Positions 39,889 through 51,406 are shown, numbered from the stretch's first letter. The stretch is DNA of 64,000 nt from Flavobacteriaceae bacterium (GCA_029252345.1 JAQXBP010000088.1:71-64070), one strand, 5' to 3'. The notes: a model not told the origin generated them from the sequence alone. Made by a program: numbers and translations.

Positions 39889-42443
39889 GAAGCTATTTCT
39901 TTTTTATTAATTAATAATATCAAATTATCTTGATCAGGTTTATGATCAACGTATAATTTATCTCCAGCTTTTATTTTATCAGAAACAAGATTTTCAGCAA
40001 TCAAGTCTTCAACATACTTCTGAATCATTCTGTTAAGCGGTCTAGCTCCATTTTTTTTATCAAATCCTTTTTCACAGATGAAAGATTTAGCTTTTGCGGA
40101 AATTGATAAATCATAGCCTATATTGCTAACTCTTTCTTTAAGTTTATTAACCTCTATAGTTACAATTTTATTGATTTCTTTTAAAGAGAGTGAATTGAAA
40201 ATTATACAATCATCAATTCTATTTAAAAATTCAGGTGCAAATGTATTTTTTAAAGCTCTTTGTATTACTTTCTGTTCGGTCTGTGAAGTTTGATCGACAG
40301 AGGATTTAGTTTCAAAACCAACTCCAATACCAAAGTCATTAATTTGTTTAACACCTATATTAGAGGTCATAATTATAATAGTATTTTGAAAGTTTATTTT
40401 TCTTCCAACACTATCTGTTAAAAAACCATCATCAAGAATTTGAAGAAGCATACTATAAATATCTGGATGCCCCTTTTCAATTTCATCAAATAAAACTACA
40501 GAATAGGGTCTACGTTTTACTTTTTCTGTTAGTTGACCTCCTTCTTCATAGCCAACATAACCAGGAGGAGCTCCTATTAATCTTGATACAGAAAACTTCT
40601 CCATGTATTCACTCATATCAATTCTAATCAAGTTTTCTTCTGATTCAAATATCTCCGAAGCTAAAACTTTAGCTAATTGGGTTTTCCCAACACCAGTTTG
40701 TCCGAGAAAAATAAATGAACCAATAGGTCTGTTGGGAGAATTTAAACCTGCTCTATTTCTTTGAATTGATTTAACAACTTTAGAAACAGCTTGATCTTGC
40801 CCAATAATTTTATCTTTAATTATTTTCTCAAGTTTTGATAATTTATTCTTTTCAGTTGACACAATTTTGTTAACAGGAATGTTAGTCATCATAGAAACTA
40901 CATCAGCAATTTCATTTTCATCAACTGTAACTCTATTTAGTTTTGAATCTTCATGCCATCTATTTTGAGCTTCAACTAGTTTTTTCTCGACTCTTTTCTC
41001 ATCATCGCGAAGTTTAGCTGCCTCCTCATATTTTTGTTTTTTTACAACAGAGTTTTTTAATTCTCTAACATCCTCTAGTTGTTTTTCCATAAGAATGACT
41101 TCTTCAGGAACATCCATATTATTTATATGGGCTCTTGATCCAGCTTCATCTAGGGCATCAATAGCCTTGTCTGGAAGAAACCTGTCTGTAATATATCTTT
41201 GACTCAGTTCAACACAAGCAATTAATGCATCATCTGTGTAATTGACATTATGATGAGATTCATATTTATCTTTTATATTTCTTAAAATTTCAACTGTTTC
41301 TTCTTTATTAGTTTCCTCAACAAGAATTTTTTGAAATCTTCTTTCAAGCGCACCATCTTTTTCTATATGTTGACTGTATTCGTTTAATGTTGTAGCTCCA
41401 ATACATTGTATTTCGCCTCTAGCTAAAGCAGGTTTAAACATATTGGACGCATCTAAACTTCCAGTTGCACCTCCAGCACCTACTATTGTATGAATTTCAT
41501 CAATAAATAAAATTATATTTCTATTTTTTTCAAGTTCATTCATAACAGCCTTCATTCTTTCCTCAAACTGCCCTCTATATTTTGTTCCTGCAACTAAGCT
41601 GGCTAGATCAAGAGTTATTACTCTTTTTCCATAAAGAATTCTTGAAACTTTTTTCTGAATTATTCTTAATGCTAAACCTTCTGCAATAGCAGATTTACCT
41701 ACACCTGGTTCTCCGATTAAAAGTGGATTATTCTTTTTTCTTCTACTGAGAATCTGGGATACTCTTTGAATCTCTTTATCTCTACCTATTACCGGGTCTA
41801 ACTTATTGGATTCAGCTAGCGCAGTCATATCTCTTCCAAAATTATCTAAAACAGGAGTCTTAGTTTTAGAAGTTGATTTTGTCTTTTGTTTTGAAGAAAA
41901 TGGATTGTTTGAAGATTGTTCAGAATCATCTTTTTCATCTGGAAAAGCATCAGAAGTTGGATATTCAATTATATCGTCAGACCCAGTCTCATTTATCATA
42001 GATTTAAATTTCTCTTTGACACTGTCATAGGTAATTTCCATTTTAGATAAAATCTTAGTAATAGGATCATTATCATTTCGTAAAATACATAATAGTAAGT
42101 GAGCGGTATTAATATTTGTACTTTGAAAAAGTTTTGCTTCTAAAAAAGTTGTCTTAAGTGCCCTTTCAGCTTGTCTAGTAAGATGAAGATTTTTCTTTTC
42201 GTTTAAATCAATAGTTGAACTGTCAATAATAGCTGGATTTAAAAGTTCAACTTTCTTTCTAAGTTCATCAAGATTTATTTCAATTGAATTTAAGATGGAT
42301 ATTGCTTTACCTCCTCCATCTCTGAGCATTCCCAACAGTAAATGTTCTGTTCCTATTTGCTTATGCCCTAATCTTAAAGCCTCTTCCTTACTGTAAGAAA
42401 TTACATCTTTAACTCTTGATGAAAAATTATCGTCCATTATCAA
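39885..42443 (-). CDS. clpC: ATP-dependent Clp protease ATP-binding subunit, ClpC type
   Basis: Double Clp_N repeat, Walker A GEPGVGKSA and GQTGVGKTQLAK, UVR-like KQKYEEAAKLRDDEKRVEKKL and a ClpP-docking-like loop GIGVGF. Confidence 0.9.
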   Translation of the reverse strand: MIMDDNFSSRVKDVISYSKEEALRLGHKQIGTEHLLLGMLRDGGGKAISILNSIEINLDELRKKVELLNPAIIDSSTIDLNEKKNLHLTRQAERALKTTFLEAKLFQSTNINTAHLLLCILRNDNDPITKILSKMEITYDSVKEKFKSMINETGSDDIIEYPTSDAFPDEKDDSEQSSNNPFSSKQKTKSTSKTKTPVLDNFGRDMTALAESNKLDPVIGRDKEIQRVSQILSRRKKNNPLLIGEPGVGKSAIAEGLALRIIQKKVSRILYGKRVITLDLASLVAGTKYRGQFEERMKAVMNELEKNRNIILFIDEIHTIVGAGGATGSLDASNMFKPALARGEIQCIGATTLNEYSQHIEKDGALERRFQKILVEETNKEETVEILRNIKDKYESHHNVNYTDDALIACVELSQRYITDRFLPDKAIDALDEAGSRAHINNMDVPEEVILMEKQLEDVRELKNSVVKKQKYEEAAKLRDDEKRVEKKLVEAQNRWHEDSKLNRVTVDENEIADVVSMMTNIPVNKIVSTEKNKLSKLEKIIKDKIIGQDQAVSKVVKSIQRNRAGLNSPNRPIGSFIFLGQTGVGKTQLAKVLASEIFESEENLIRIDMSEYMEKFSVSRLIGAPPGYVGYEEGGQLTEKVKRRPYSVVLFDEIEKGHPDIYSMLLQILDDGFLTDSVGRKINFQNTIIIMTSNIGVKQINDFGIGVGFETKSSVDQTSQTEQKVIQRALKNTFAPEFLNRIDDCIIFNSLSLKEINKIVTIEVNKLKERVSNIGYDLSISAKAKSFICEKGFDKKNGARPLNRMIQKYVEDLIAENLVSDKIKAGDKLYVDHKPDQDNLILLINKKEIAS

Positions 42444-42619
42444 TTATTTATTGTCTAAAATATATCTTTAAACTAAATAAACAAAGAAAATGATTATACT
42501 AATTGTTTATTTCGAGATAAAACTTTTCAATTGATAATGTTAATAAATATTCTTTTTTTAGAAGAAAATATTTGATGTTAATAACCCTTGATTATTTATT
42601 TTAGCATTAATATAATATT

Positions 42620-45106
42620 ATGGAAAAAGAAAAATTAATTCCAATTAAGATTGAAGATGAAATGAAGTCAGCTTACATCGATTATTCGATGTCTGTAATT
42701 GTTTCAAGAGCATTACCAGATGTAAGGGATGGGCTAAAGCCAGTTCACAGAAGAGTACTTTTTGGAATGAATGAAATGGGAGTTAGATCTTCATCTTCAT
42801 ATAAAAAATCTGCAAGAATTGTTGGAGATGTTATGGGTAAATATCACCCACATGGTGATAGTTCAGTATACGACACTATGGTTAGGATGGCTCAGGAATG
42901 GAGTCTAAGATACAATCTAGTAGATGGACAGGGAAATTTTGGATCTGTAGATGGTGACAGTCCTGCAGCAATGAGATATACAGAGGCTAGAATGCAAAAA
43001 ATATCTGAAGATCTTTTATCCGATATAGATAAAGAGACTGTAGATTTTCAGCTTAATTTTGATGATACAATAATGGAACCTACTGTTCTTCCAACTAGAG
43101 TTCCTGCACTAATTATAAATGGTGCTTCTGGTATTGCAGTTGGAATGGCTACAAATATGCCTCCTCACAATCTTTCTGAGGTTATAGATGGGATTATGGA
43201 ATACATAGATAACAATGACGTTACTATAGACGAGCTTATTAAACATATTAAAGCTCCAGATTTTCCAACTGGTGGTACTATATATGGTTATGATGGAGTA
43301 AAAGAAGCTTTTCATACAGGTAAAGGAAGAGTAGTCATGAGGGGAAAGGCTATTATTGAGAATGTTAACGATAGAGAATGTATAATAGTGTCTGAAATTC
43401 CTTATCAGGTAAATAAGGCAGATATGATTAAAAAAACTGCAGACTTAATTAATGATGGTAAAATTGAGGGAATTTCTACAATTAGAGACGAATCAGATAG
43501 AAACGGAATGAGAGTTGTTTATGTATTGAAGAGAGATTCAATTCCAAATATAGTTTTAAACAAACTTTACAAGTACACATCTCTTCAATCATCATTTAGT
43601 GTAAATAATGTTGCTCTAGTAAATGGAAGACCTCAACTTTTAAATCTTAAAGATTTAATTCATCATTTTGTTGATCATAGACATGATGTTGTTGTTAAAA
43701 GAACTAACTATGAACTAAAGAAGGCTGAGCAAAGAGCACATATTCTAGAAGGTTTAATTATTGCTAGTGACAATATAGATGATGTTATTGATTTGATAAA
43801 AAAATCATCAAATGCAGAAGATGCTAGACTAAAGCTTGAAAAAAAATATAAGCTTTCAGAGATTCAAGCTAAGGCTATAATTGAGATGAGATTAAGACAG
43901 CTTACTGGGCTTGAACAAAATAAATTAAGAGAAGAATACGATGAACTTCAAAAAGTAATTAAGGGCTTTAAAGAATTACTAGATAGTAAGCCTATGAGAA
44001 TGAAGCTTATCAAAGAAGAACTATCTGTTATTAAAGATAAATATGGTGATGAGAGAAGGTCAGTAATTGAATATGCAGGTGGTGACTTTAGGGTTGAAGA
44101 TATTATCCCAGATGAAAAAGTAGTTATAACTATATCACATGCAGGTTATATAAAAAGAACACCTCTTACAGAATATAAAACTCAAAATAGAGGAGGAGTT
44201 GGTCAAAAAGCAACTAAAACAAGAGATGAAGACTTTTTAGAGGACTTATTTGTTGGAACAAATCATCAATATATGTTGTTTTTTACTCAGAAAGGTAAAT
44301 GTTTTTGGATGAGAGTCTATGAAATTCCTGAAGGTTCAAAAAACTCAAAAGGAAGAGCTATTCAAAATCTTATCAATATAGAACAAGATGACAGGGTGAA
44401 AGCTTTCATTTGTACCCAGGATTTAAAGGATGAAGATTATGTGAACAGTAATTATGTAATTATGGCTACAAAAATGGGTCAGGTAAAGAAAACTTCTTTA
44501 GAACAATATTCTAGACCTAGATCTAATGGAATTAATGCAATTACAATTAAAGATGGAGATGAATTACTTGAAGCTAAGCTGACTAATGGAAATAGTCAAA
44601 TAATGCTAGCTGTTCAATCTGGAAAAGCAATCAGATTTGAAGAGAGTAAAACTAGACCAATGGGAAGAAATGCTTCTGGTGTGAGAGGTATCAGGTTAAA
44701 AGATAATAAAGATGAAGTTGTTGGTATGATTTCCGTAAACGATATGGATGCTAACATTTTAGTTGTTTCCGAAAATGGTTATGGTAAAAGATCATCTCTA
44801 GAAGACTATAGGTTAACTAATAGAGGAGGTAAAGGTGTGAAAACTATATCTATTACAGAAAAAACTGGTAAATTAGTATCATTAAAAAGCGTTTCTGATA
44901 ATGACGATTTAATGATTATAAATAAATCTGGTATAGCAATTAGAATGCAAGTCGAAGATCTAAGAGTTATGGGGAGAGCAACTCAAGGTGTCAAGGTTAT
45001 CAGCCTAAAAGATGGAGACAGTATAGCGGCTGTTGCTAAAGTAATGAAAGATGATGATGATCTAGAAGATATTAATGAAATTGAATTTACAGGAGATACT
45101 ATTTAA
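42620..45106 (+). CDS. gyrA: DNA gyrase subunit A
   Basis: [28 protein letters not shown] (QRDR), catalytic Tyr in [10 protein letters not shown] and a C-terminal beta-pinwheel repeat region. Confidence 0.97.
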   Translation: MEKEKLIPIKIEDEMKSAYIDYSMSVIVSRALPDVRDGLKPVHRRVLFGMNEMGVRSSSSYKKSARIVGDVMGKYHPHGDSSVYDTMVRMAQEWSLRYNLVDGQGNFGSVDGDSPAAMRYTEARMQKISEDLLSDIDKETVDFQLNFDDTIMEPTVLPTRVPALIINGASGIAVGMATNMPPHNLSEVIDGIMEYIDNNDVTIDELIKHIKAPDFPTGGTIYGYDGVKEAFHTGKGRVVMRGKAIIENVNDRECIIVSEIPYQVNKADMIKKTADLINDGKIEGISTIRDESDRNGMRVVYVLKRDSIPNIVLNKLYKYTSLQSSFSVNNVALVNGRPQLLNLKDLIHHFVDHRHDVVVKRTNYELKKAEQRAHILEGLIIASDNIDDVIDLIKKSSNAEDARLKLEKKYKLSEIQAKAIIEMRLRQLTGLEQNKLREEYDELQKVIKGFKELLDSKPMRMKLIKEELSVIKDKYGDERRSVIEYAGGDFRVEDIIPDEKVVITISHAGYIKRTPLTEYKTQNRGGVGQKATKTRDEDFLEDLFVGTNHQYMLFFTQKGKCFWMRVYEIPEGSKNSKGRAIQNLINIEQDDRVKAFICTQDLKDEDYVNSNYVIMATKMGQVKKTSLEQYSRPRSNGINAITIKDGDELLEAKLTNGNSQIMLAVQSGKAIRFEESKTRPMGRNASGVRGIRLKDNKDEVVGMISVNDMDANILVVSENGYGKRSSLEDYRLTNRGGKGVKTISITEKTGKLVSLKSVSDNDDLMIINKSGIAIRMQVEDLRVMGRATQGVKVISLKDGDSIAAVAKVMKDDDDLEDINEIEFTGDTI

Positions 45107-45116
45107 CAAATTGAAT

Positions 45117-46349
45117 ATGAAAAAACTAATATTACTTACATTATTATTCACAGTCTTTTTTTCAACAGCTCAAAAAAAAGAACTAAGAAATGCAAATAAA
45201 TTTTTTATATCTGGAGAATATTCATCAGCTATAGATTTATTGGATTCAGCAAAAGATATTTTTGATTCAAGTGATGACAAAATCAAATCTCAAGTTATGT
45301 TGCTTTATGGAAAACTTCATACCTCTATGGAAGACTTTGAGTTAGCTATGAAAGCATTTGATATGTCAAAAAACTTAGGTACTAATGATCAAATTTTAAA
45401 TCCTGAGATAAGAAAACTTGAAACTGCTATCATAACTAGTGCAGTTGGAGATAATGAAACTGAAAATTATAGTAGTGCAGCAAAAAAACTGAAAATGGTC
45501 TATGATCTAAATACTGAAATAAATCAAGAATATTTATACTATGCTGCTTCTTCTGCTGTTAACTCACTAGATTACCCATTAGCTCTTGATTATTACGAGC
45601 TATTAAGAGATATTAAATACGAGGGTATTGAAACTAAATTTTATATAACTGAAGTATCATCTGGAAATGAAATTGAGATAAATTCTGAAACAGAATTTAA
45701 TTTATTACAAAAATCAAAAGAGTACGAAAACCCTAGGGAAGAAGATACTGATTCAAAGTTTCCAGAAATAGTTAAAAATATTGCACTAATTTATAAAGAA
45801 CTAGGTCAAAATGATAAAGCATTAGCTGCAATTGAAGCTGCTAGATCATCTAACCCTGATGATGTGGGCTTAATAATGACTGCAGCAAATATTTATTTTG
45901 AGCTTGGCAACAAGGAGGCTTTTAAAGTCGCAATGGCTGAAGCTATTGAAAAAGATCCAAATAATGCTATTCTATATTACAATTTAGGTGTTGTAAGTGC
46001 TGATCTTGGAGAAAAAGATGATGCAATTTCATATTATGAAAAATCAATAGAGTTAGATCCAAATAATGAAAATAGTTATTTAAACTTGGTTGCTCTAGTT
46101 TTAGAGGGTGAACAAGATATTGTATCTCAGATGAATAGTTTAGGTACCTCAAGGGCTGATAATTTAAAATATGATGAACTTAAGGAGTCAAGAGAAAATC
46201 TATATAAACAATGTGTTCCTATTCTAAAGGATCTGATATCTATCAACAATAATATTGAAGCTATTAGAACTCTTATGAATATCTACGGAACCATTGGTGA
46301 TAACACTGGTTATATGGAGATGAAAAATCTTTTAGAACAACAAGATTAA
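45117..46349 (+). CDS. TPR repeat protein with signal peptide
   Basis: MKKLILLTLLFTVFFSTAQ signal and several TPR units (AILYYNLGVVSADLGEKDDAISYYEKSIELDPNN). Start at 45117 rather than 45075, which lies inside gyrA. Confidence 0.75.
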   Translation: MKKLILLTLLFTVFFSTAQKKELRNANKFFISGEYSSAIDLLDSAKDIFDSSDDKIKSQVMLLYGKLHTSMEDFELAMKAFDMSKNLGTNDQILNPEIRKLETAIITSAVGDNETENYSSAAKKLKMVYDLNTEINQEYLYYAASSAVNSLDYPLALDYYELLRDIKYEGIETKFYITEVSSGNEIEINSETEFNLLQKSKEYENPREEDTDSKFPEIVKNIALIYKELGQNDKALAAIEAARSSNPDDVGLIMTAANIYFELGNKEAFKVAMAEAIEKDPNNAILYYNLGVVSADLGEKDDAISYYEKSIELDPNNENSYLNLVALVLEGEQDIVSQMNSLGTSRADNLKYDELKESRENLYKQCVPILKDLISINNNIEAIRTLMNIYGTIGDNTGYMEMKNLLEQQD

Positions 46350-46378
46350 ATATTTCTTTTTCAGGTCATTTTTTTATC

Positions 46379-46386
46379 TAAATTTG
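46379..46386 (+). promoter_or_regulatory. Candidate -7 promoter box (TAAATTTG) for the tRNA-Ser/tRNA-Arg unit
   Basis: Exact TAnnTTTG match ending 12 nt before the tRNA-Ser 5' end. Confidence 0.4.
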
Positions 46387-46398
46387 TAAAATCTTTTT

Positions 46399-46482
46399 GG
46401 AGAGGTGCCAGAGTGGTAATGGAGCAGATTGCTAATCTGTCGACGTGTAAGCGTCGCCAGGGTTCGAATCCCTGTCTCTCCG
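46399..46482 (+). tRNA. tRNA-Ser (anticodon GCT)
   Basis: Acceptor stem GGAGAGG/TCTCTCC, anticodon stem CAGAT/ATCTG with loop TTGCTAA, long variable arm TCGACGTGTAAGCGTCGC and T-arm CAGGGTTCGAATCCCTG. No encoded CCA. Confidence 0.92.
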
Positions 46483-46491
46483 CATTTAAAA

Positions 46492-46565
46492 GGTCGCGTA
46501 GCTCAGCTGGATAGAGCATCTGGTTTCTAACCAGACGGTCATAGGTTCGAATCCTATCGCGATCA
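46492..46565 (+). tRNA. tRNA-Arg (anticodon TCT)
   Basis: Acceptor stem GGTCGCG/CGCGATC, D-arm TAGCTCAGCTGGATAGAGCA, anticodon stem TCTGG/CCAGA with loop TTTCTAA and T-arm ATAGGTTCGAATCCTAT. Confidence 0.92.
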
Positions 46566-46579
46566 CTTCTTTTTATTAT

Positions 46580-46623
46580 AAGATTGTTTAAAGCCATAAA
46601 TTACTTTGAACAATCTTTTTTTA
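46580..46623 (+). terminator. Rho-independent terminator after the tRNA pair
   Basis: 14-bp stem AAGATTGTTTAAAG / CTTTGAACAATCTT with a 10-nt loop, followed by T7. It lies inside the 5' extension of track ORF 46606, which supports the later ATG 46642. Confidence 0.7.
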
Positions 46624-46641
46624 TATTGTATAATAATAAAG

Positions 46642-48168
46642 ATGAAAAAATTAATAATTCTTATTATTCTATTTTGTTTCTCCTGCAAATCTCAATCGGA
46701 GACTAATCTAAATCCAAATTTTGTTTTTATTCTAGCAGATGATTTAGGTTATGGAGAATTAGGGATATTTGGTCAAAAGTTAATAGAAACTCCAAATATA
46801 GACCAGTTAGCAAAAGAAGGGATGATACTTACAGATCATTATACTGGATCTCCTGTTTGTGCCCCTGCTCGTGCTGTATTATTAACAGGTCTTCATTCTG
46901 GAAATAATCCAATAAGAGGTAATGATGAGTGGAAAGAAAGGGGAGATGTATGGAGTTTTCAAGCTATGTTAGATAACCCAGAACTTGAAGGTCAACGCCC
47001 AATGCCAGATTCAATAATTACTGTAGCAAAATTTCTCCAATCTAAAGGATACAAAACAGGAATGGTTGGAAAATGGGGTCTAGGGGCTCCAAATACAAAT
47101 AGTATTCCAAATAATAAAGGTTTTGATTTTTTTTATGGATATAATTGTCAGAGACAAGCTCATACTCTCTATCCAAGTCATTTGTGGAGAAATAAAGAAA
47201 GACATATTTTAGATAATAAGATAGTTAATAAAGGTAAACTTCAAGTAGGACTTGATCCATACAATTCAAAAAGTTATAATCCGTATAATCAAAATGATTA
47301 TGCTCCAACTCTAATGCACAAAGAAGCATTAAGTTTTTTAGATAGAAATAAAGAAAATAATTTCTTTCTTTATTATGCTTCTCCTATTCCGCATCTTCCA
47401 CTTCAAGCGCCAAAGGAATGGGTTGATTATTATCATGAAAAATTTGGAGAAGAAAAACCATATACTGGTGGGTCTGGTTATTATCCAAACCAATATCCAA
47501 AAGCAACATATGCAGCAATGATTTCTTATTTAGATCAACAGGTTGGTGAAATAGTTAAAAAATTAAAAGAAATTGGCAAGTATGATAATACGTTTATAGT
47601 TTTTACAAGTGACAATGGCCCAACTCATATAGAACATGTTGATATTAATTTCTTTAATAGTGCAGGTCCTTTTGTAAACTCAAAAAATACTGTCAAAGGT
47701 AATGTCAATGAAGGAGGGATAAGAGTTCCAACAATTGTAACCTGGCCTAAAAAAATTAAACCTGGCACTTACTCAGATCATCCAAGTACATTCTATGATT
47801 ATTTTGCAACAGTATCGGATATTATTGATCAGAAACTACCTTACTTAATAGATGGTGTAAGTTATTATCCTACACTTATAGATGAAAAACAGGATAAACA
47901 TGATTATCTCTATTGGGAATTCCCTGCCTACGGAGGACAACAGGCTATTAGAATTAATAAATGGAAAGGCATAAAGAAGAATTTATTTGAGGGTCCATCT
48001 AAACTCCAGCTTTATAATTTATATGATGATCCAAAAGAATTAAATGATATTGCTTTAGATTACCCTGAAATTGTGATTAAAATGGAAAATCTTATGAAAG
48101 AGGCTCATACAACTCCGAAAATGGATAAATTTAAAATACCTGTTTTAGATAATAATTTAAAAAAATGA
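46642..48168 (+). CDS. Sulfatase (type I, Cys-type; arylsulfatase A / GalNAc-6-sulfatase-like), lipoprotein
   Basis: Lipobox ILFCFSC, LADDLGYGELG, FGly motif SPVCAPARAVLLTG and SDNGP. Confidence 0.88.
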   Translation: MKKLIILIILFCFSCKSQSETNLNPNFVFILADDLGYGELGIFGQKLIETPNIDQLAKEGMILTDHYTGSPVCAPARAVLLTGLHSGNNPIRGNDEWKERGDVWSFQAMLDNPELEGQRPMPDSIITVAKFLQSKGYKTGMVGKWGLGAPNTNSIPNNKGFDFFYGYNCQRQAHTLYPSHLWRNKERHILDNKIVNKGKLQVGLDPYNSKSYNPYNQNDYAPTLMHKEALSFLDRNKENNFFLYYASPIPHLPLQAPKEWVDYYHEKFGEEKPYTGGSGYYPNQYPKATYAAMISYLDQQVGEIVKKLKEIGKYDNTFIVFTSDNGPTHIEHVDINFFNSAGPFVNSKNTVKGNVNEGGIRVPTIVTWPKKIKPGTYSDHPSTFYDYFATVSDIIDQKLPYLIDGVSYYPTLIDEKQDKHDYLYWEFPAYGGQQAIRINKWKGIKKNLFEGPSKLQLYNLYDDPKELNDIALDYPEIVIKMENLMKEAHTTPKMDKFKIPVLDNNLKK

Positions 48169-49739
48169 AAAATAACATAACGGTAATATTCCTTTTATTA
48201 TTTGTAACTCTGTTAATTATATCATGTAATACATCATTAAATAAAGATGAAAAAAAACCAAATATCATAATAATCTATACTGATGATTTGGGTTATGGAG
48301 ATGTAAGTGCATATAAAAAAGGGTCATTAAAAACCCCTAATATTGATAAATTAGCAAACGAAGGGATTAGATTTAATTACGGATATGCTTCATCTGCAAC
48401 CTGCAGTCCAAGTAGATACGCACTGTTAACTGGAAACTATCCCTGGAGAAAAGATGGTTTGAGAGTTATTACAGGAGGATCATTAGTAATTGATACAACG
48501 GAAATGACTATCCCAAAACTATTAAAAACCAAAGGTTATCAGACAGGTATTGTAGGTAAATGGCATCTTGGTTTAGGATCTGGCGATGGAGTTACAGGAT
48601 CTGGTATAATTGATTATAACTCTACCATTTCTCCTGGACCAAATCAAGTTGGATTTGACTATTCACATATAATGGCTGATACACAAGATCGTGTTCCAAC
48701 TGTATATATTGAAAACGGAGATGTTGTTAATCTTGACATTAACGACCCTATAGAGGTTAATTTTTTTCATCAAAACAAAAATGATGATTACGGATTACCA
48801 ACTGGATTAAAAAACCCTGAACTCACCACAATGAAATGGCATCATGGTCATAATGGCTCAATTGTAAATGGTGTCCCTAGAATTGGTTATATGAAGGGAG
48901 GTAATGATGCTCTTTGGAGTGATATTGATATGTCAGATCATTTCCTAGAAAAAGCTAAAGAATATATAAAAAGAAATAAAAAAAATCCTTTCTTTCTATT
49001 TTATACTCTTCAACAACCACATGTTCCAAGAACACCTCATCCTAGATTTAAAGGGCTATCAGGAATGGGGCCAAGAGGTGATGCAATAGTTGAAGCAGAT
49101 TGGAGTATTGGAGAGCTCTATAAAACTCTAGAATCAGAAAATCTACTACACAATACATTAATAATCTTTTCAAGTGATAATGGACCAGTCTTAAATGATG
49201 GATACTATGACGATGCTGTTGAGAAACTAGGAGATCATACTCCATCTGGTGGTTTAAGAGGAGGGAAATATAGTCTTTTTGAAGCTGGAACAAGAGTTCC
49301 ATTTATTACATATTGGAAAGGAAAAATAAATCCAGGAATATCAAACGAGATGATATCACAAATTGATCTTTTAAATTCAATTTCTAGATTAGTTGGGTCA
49401 GAATATAAATCAAAAGATGGATTAGAGTTTTTAAATTTAATTATTAATAATAAAGGAAAGGGTAGAGAAGAGTTAATTCTTGAAGCTTCAACAAGGACTG
49501 CTTATAGAAAAGGAGACTGGGTAATGATTCCTCCTTACAAGGGGCAATCAATTGCTAGAAATGTTAATATTGAATTAGCAAATTCTTTGGAATTCAAACT
49601 ATATAATTTAAAGAATGATCCATCACAAAAAAATGATCTTTCAAAAAAAGAAGATAAAAAGTTAGAGGAAATGATTACAAGCTTTATAAAAATCAGAGGC
49701 AAAGACTTTACTAACATTAAAGATCTAATTATAAAATAA
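48165..49739 (+). CDS. Sulfatase (type I, Cys-type), lipoprotein
   Basis: Lipobox LLIISC, YTDDLGYGDV, FGly motif SATCSPSRYALLTG, GKWHLG and SSDNGP. ATGA overlap with the upstream stop. Confidence 0.88.
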   Translation: MKNNITVIFLLLFVTLLIISCNTSLNKDEKKPNIIIIYTDDLGYGDVSAYKKGSLKTPNIDKLANEGIRFNYGYASSATCSPSRYALLTGNYPWRKDGLRVITGGSLVIDTTEMTIPKLLKTKGYQTGIVGKWHLGLGSGDGVTGSGIIDYNSTISPGPNQVGFDYSHIMADTQDRVPTVYIENGDVVNLDINDPIEVNFFHQNKNDDYGLPTGLKNPELTTMKWHHGHNGSIVNGVPRIGYMKGGNDALWSDIDMSDHFLEKAKEYIKRNKKNPFFLFYTLQQPHVPRTPHPRFKGLSGMGPRGDAIVEADWSIGELYKTLESENLLHNTLIIFSSDNGPVLNDGYYDDAVEKLGDHTPSGGLRGGKYSLFEAGTRVPFITYWKGKINPGISNEMISQIDLLNSISRLVGSEYKSKDGLEFLNLIINNKGKGREELILEASTRTAYRKGDWVMIPPYKGQSIARNVNIELANSLEFKLYNLKNDPSQKNDLSKKEDKKLEEMITSFIKIRGKDFTNIKDLIIK

Positions 49740-49786
49740 CTTGATTTAATAAAAACCATTTTTATATTTACTTGATAATAAAAACC

Positions 49787-51406
49787 ATGAAATATTATTA
49801 TTTACTATTATTTTTTATCACATTTTTTATTTTAAGTTGTAATGATAATACACAAAATGAGAAAAAACCTAATATATTATTTATTATGTCAGATGATCAT
49901 GCTTACCAGGCAATAAGTGCATATGATGATAGACTAATCCAAACTCCAAATATTGATAGAATTTCTGAAGAGGGTATGTTGTTTACTAATGCTTCTGTTA
50001 CCAATTCTATATGTGCACCTTCTCGAGCAGTTATACTAACTGGTAAACACAGTCACATAAATGGGAAAATAGATAACATTGCAAAGTTTGATGATTCTCA
50101 AATGACTTTTCCTCAATTATTTAAAGAGAACGGATATCAAACAGCAATGTTTGGAAAACTTCACTTTGGTAACAACCCGAAGGGTATAGATGATTTCTTG
50201 ATTCTTCCGGGACAGGGAGATTATATTAATCCTAGGTTTTTAGGAAAGGATAAGGACACTATTATAACTGGATATGTAACAGACGTAATAACTGATTTAA
50301 CTTTAGATTGGTTTAGGTATAAAAGAGATAAAAACAAACCATTTTTAACTTTCTATCTTCATAAAGCACCACATAGAGCTTGGTGGCCAAGTCCGGAAAA
50401 ATTTGCTGAATTTTATGATAAAAAATTTCCTGAACCTGAAACTCTTTATGATGACTATTCTGGAAGAGGAACAGCAGCAAAAACTGCAGAAATGAATCTA
50501 CTTACTCACATGCAATATATGCAGGATAGTAAAGTTAGACCATCAGTTTTTGAAAAAATGAAGAATGTAGAGCCAAAGATTATTTATGCAAGGGGTGATG
50601 GAACATTTTTTGAGCCTAGCTCTAATTCATTTAATAACCGTTACGGAAGAGCTAATGAGGAGCAAAAGAAAAAATATGATGTCACTTTAGATAAAATAAG
50701 TAAAGATTTTGAATCCAATTGGCCTAAAATGAATGATAAGGAAAAGATGCAATGGAAATTTCAAAGATATATGCAAGACTATTTGGCAACAATTTCATCA
50801 GTTGATGATAATGTTGGTCGAGTTTTAGATTATCTGGATGATACAGGACTTGATAAAAATACAATTGTTGTTTATACATCAGATCAAGGTTTCTATCTAG
50901 GTGAGCATGGATGGTTTGATAAGAGATTTATTTATGATGAGTCTTTTAAAACCCCATTAATGATTAAATGGCCTAATCAAATTAATCCTGGAACAACAAA
51001 TGATGAGATGGTTCAAAATCTTGATTTTGCCCAAACCTTTCTAGAAGCTGCTATGATTGAAGAACCTGATGGCATGCAGGGTGAAAGTTTAATCCCATTA
51101 TTAAAAGGTAATAATCAAAAATGGACTAGAGATGCAGTATACTATCATTATTATGAATATCCTTCAGTTCATATGGCTAAAAGACATTATGGAATAGTTA
51201 GTAAAGAATATAAACTGACTCATTTTTATTTCGATGTGGATGAGTGGGAATTATACGATCGTATAAATGACCCTAATGAGATGAATAACGTCTTTAATAA
51301 TCCAGATTATCAAGATGTTGTTGAGAAGCTAACAGCTGAATTAAAGGAAATGAGAATAGAATACAAAGATTCTGAAGAATTGGATAGAAGCTTTATTTAT
51401 GATTAA
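49787..51406 (+). CDS. Sulfatase (type I, Cys-type; GlcNAc-6-sulfatase/sulfamidase-like N-terminus), lipoprotein
   Basis: Lipobox FFILSC, FIMSDDHAYQAISAYD, FGly motif NSICAPSRAVILTG, GKLHFG and TSDQGF. Start at ATG 49787 rather than TTG 49772. Confidence 0.88.
   Translation: MKYYYLLLFFITFFILSCNDNTQNEKKPNILFIMSDDHAYQAISAYDDRLIQTPNIDRISEEGMLFTNASVTNSICAPSRAVILTGKHSHINGKIDNIAKFDDSQMTFPQLFKENGYQTAMFGKLHFGNNPKGIDDFLILPGQGDYINPRFLGKDKDTIITGYVTDVITDLTLDWFRYKRDKNKPFLTFYLHKAPHRAWWPSPEKFAEFYDKKFPEPETLYDDYSGRGTAAKTAEMNLLTHMQYMQDSKVRPSVFEKMKNVEPKIIYARGDGTFFEPSSNSFNNRYGRANEEQKKKYDVTLDKISKDFESNWPKMNDKEKMQWKFQRYMQDYLATISSVDDNVGRVLDYLDDTGLDKNTIVVYTSDQGFYLGEHGWFDKRFIYDESFKTPLMIKWPNQINPGTTNDEMVQNLDFAQTFLEAAMIEEPDGMQGESLIPLLKGNNQKWTRDAVYYHYYEYPSVHMAKRHYGIVSKEYKLTHFYFDVDEWELYDRINDPNEMNNVFNNPDYQDVVEKLTAELKEMRIEYKDSEELDRSFIYD

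Noticed and set aside
46361-46597. 78-aa minus-strand ORF in the track
   Set aside because: It lies entirely antisense to tRNA-Ser(GCT) and tRNA-Arg(TCT). Its Arg/Asp-rich translation is what GC-rich tRNA sequence gives in an AT-rich genome. It is not a gene.
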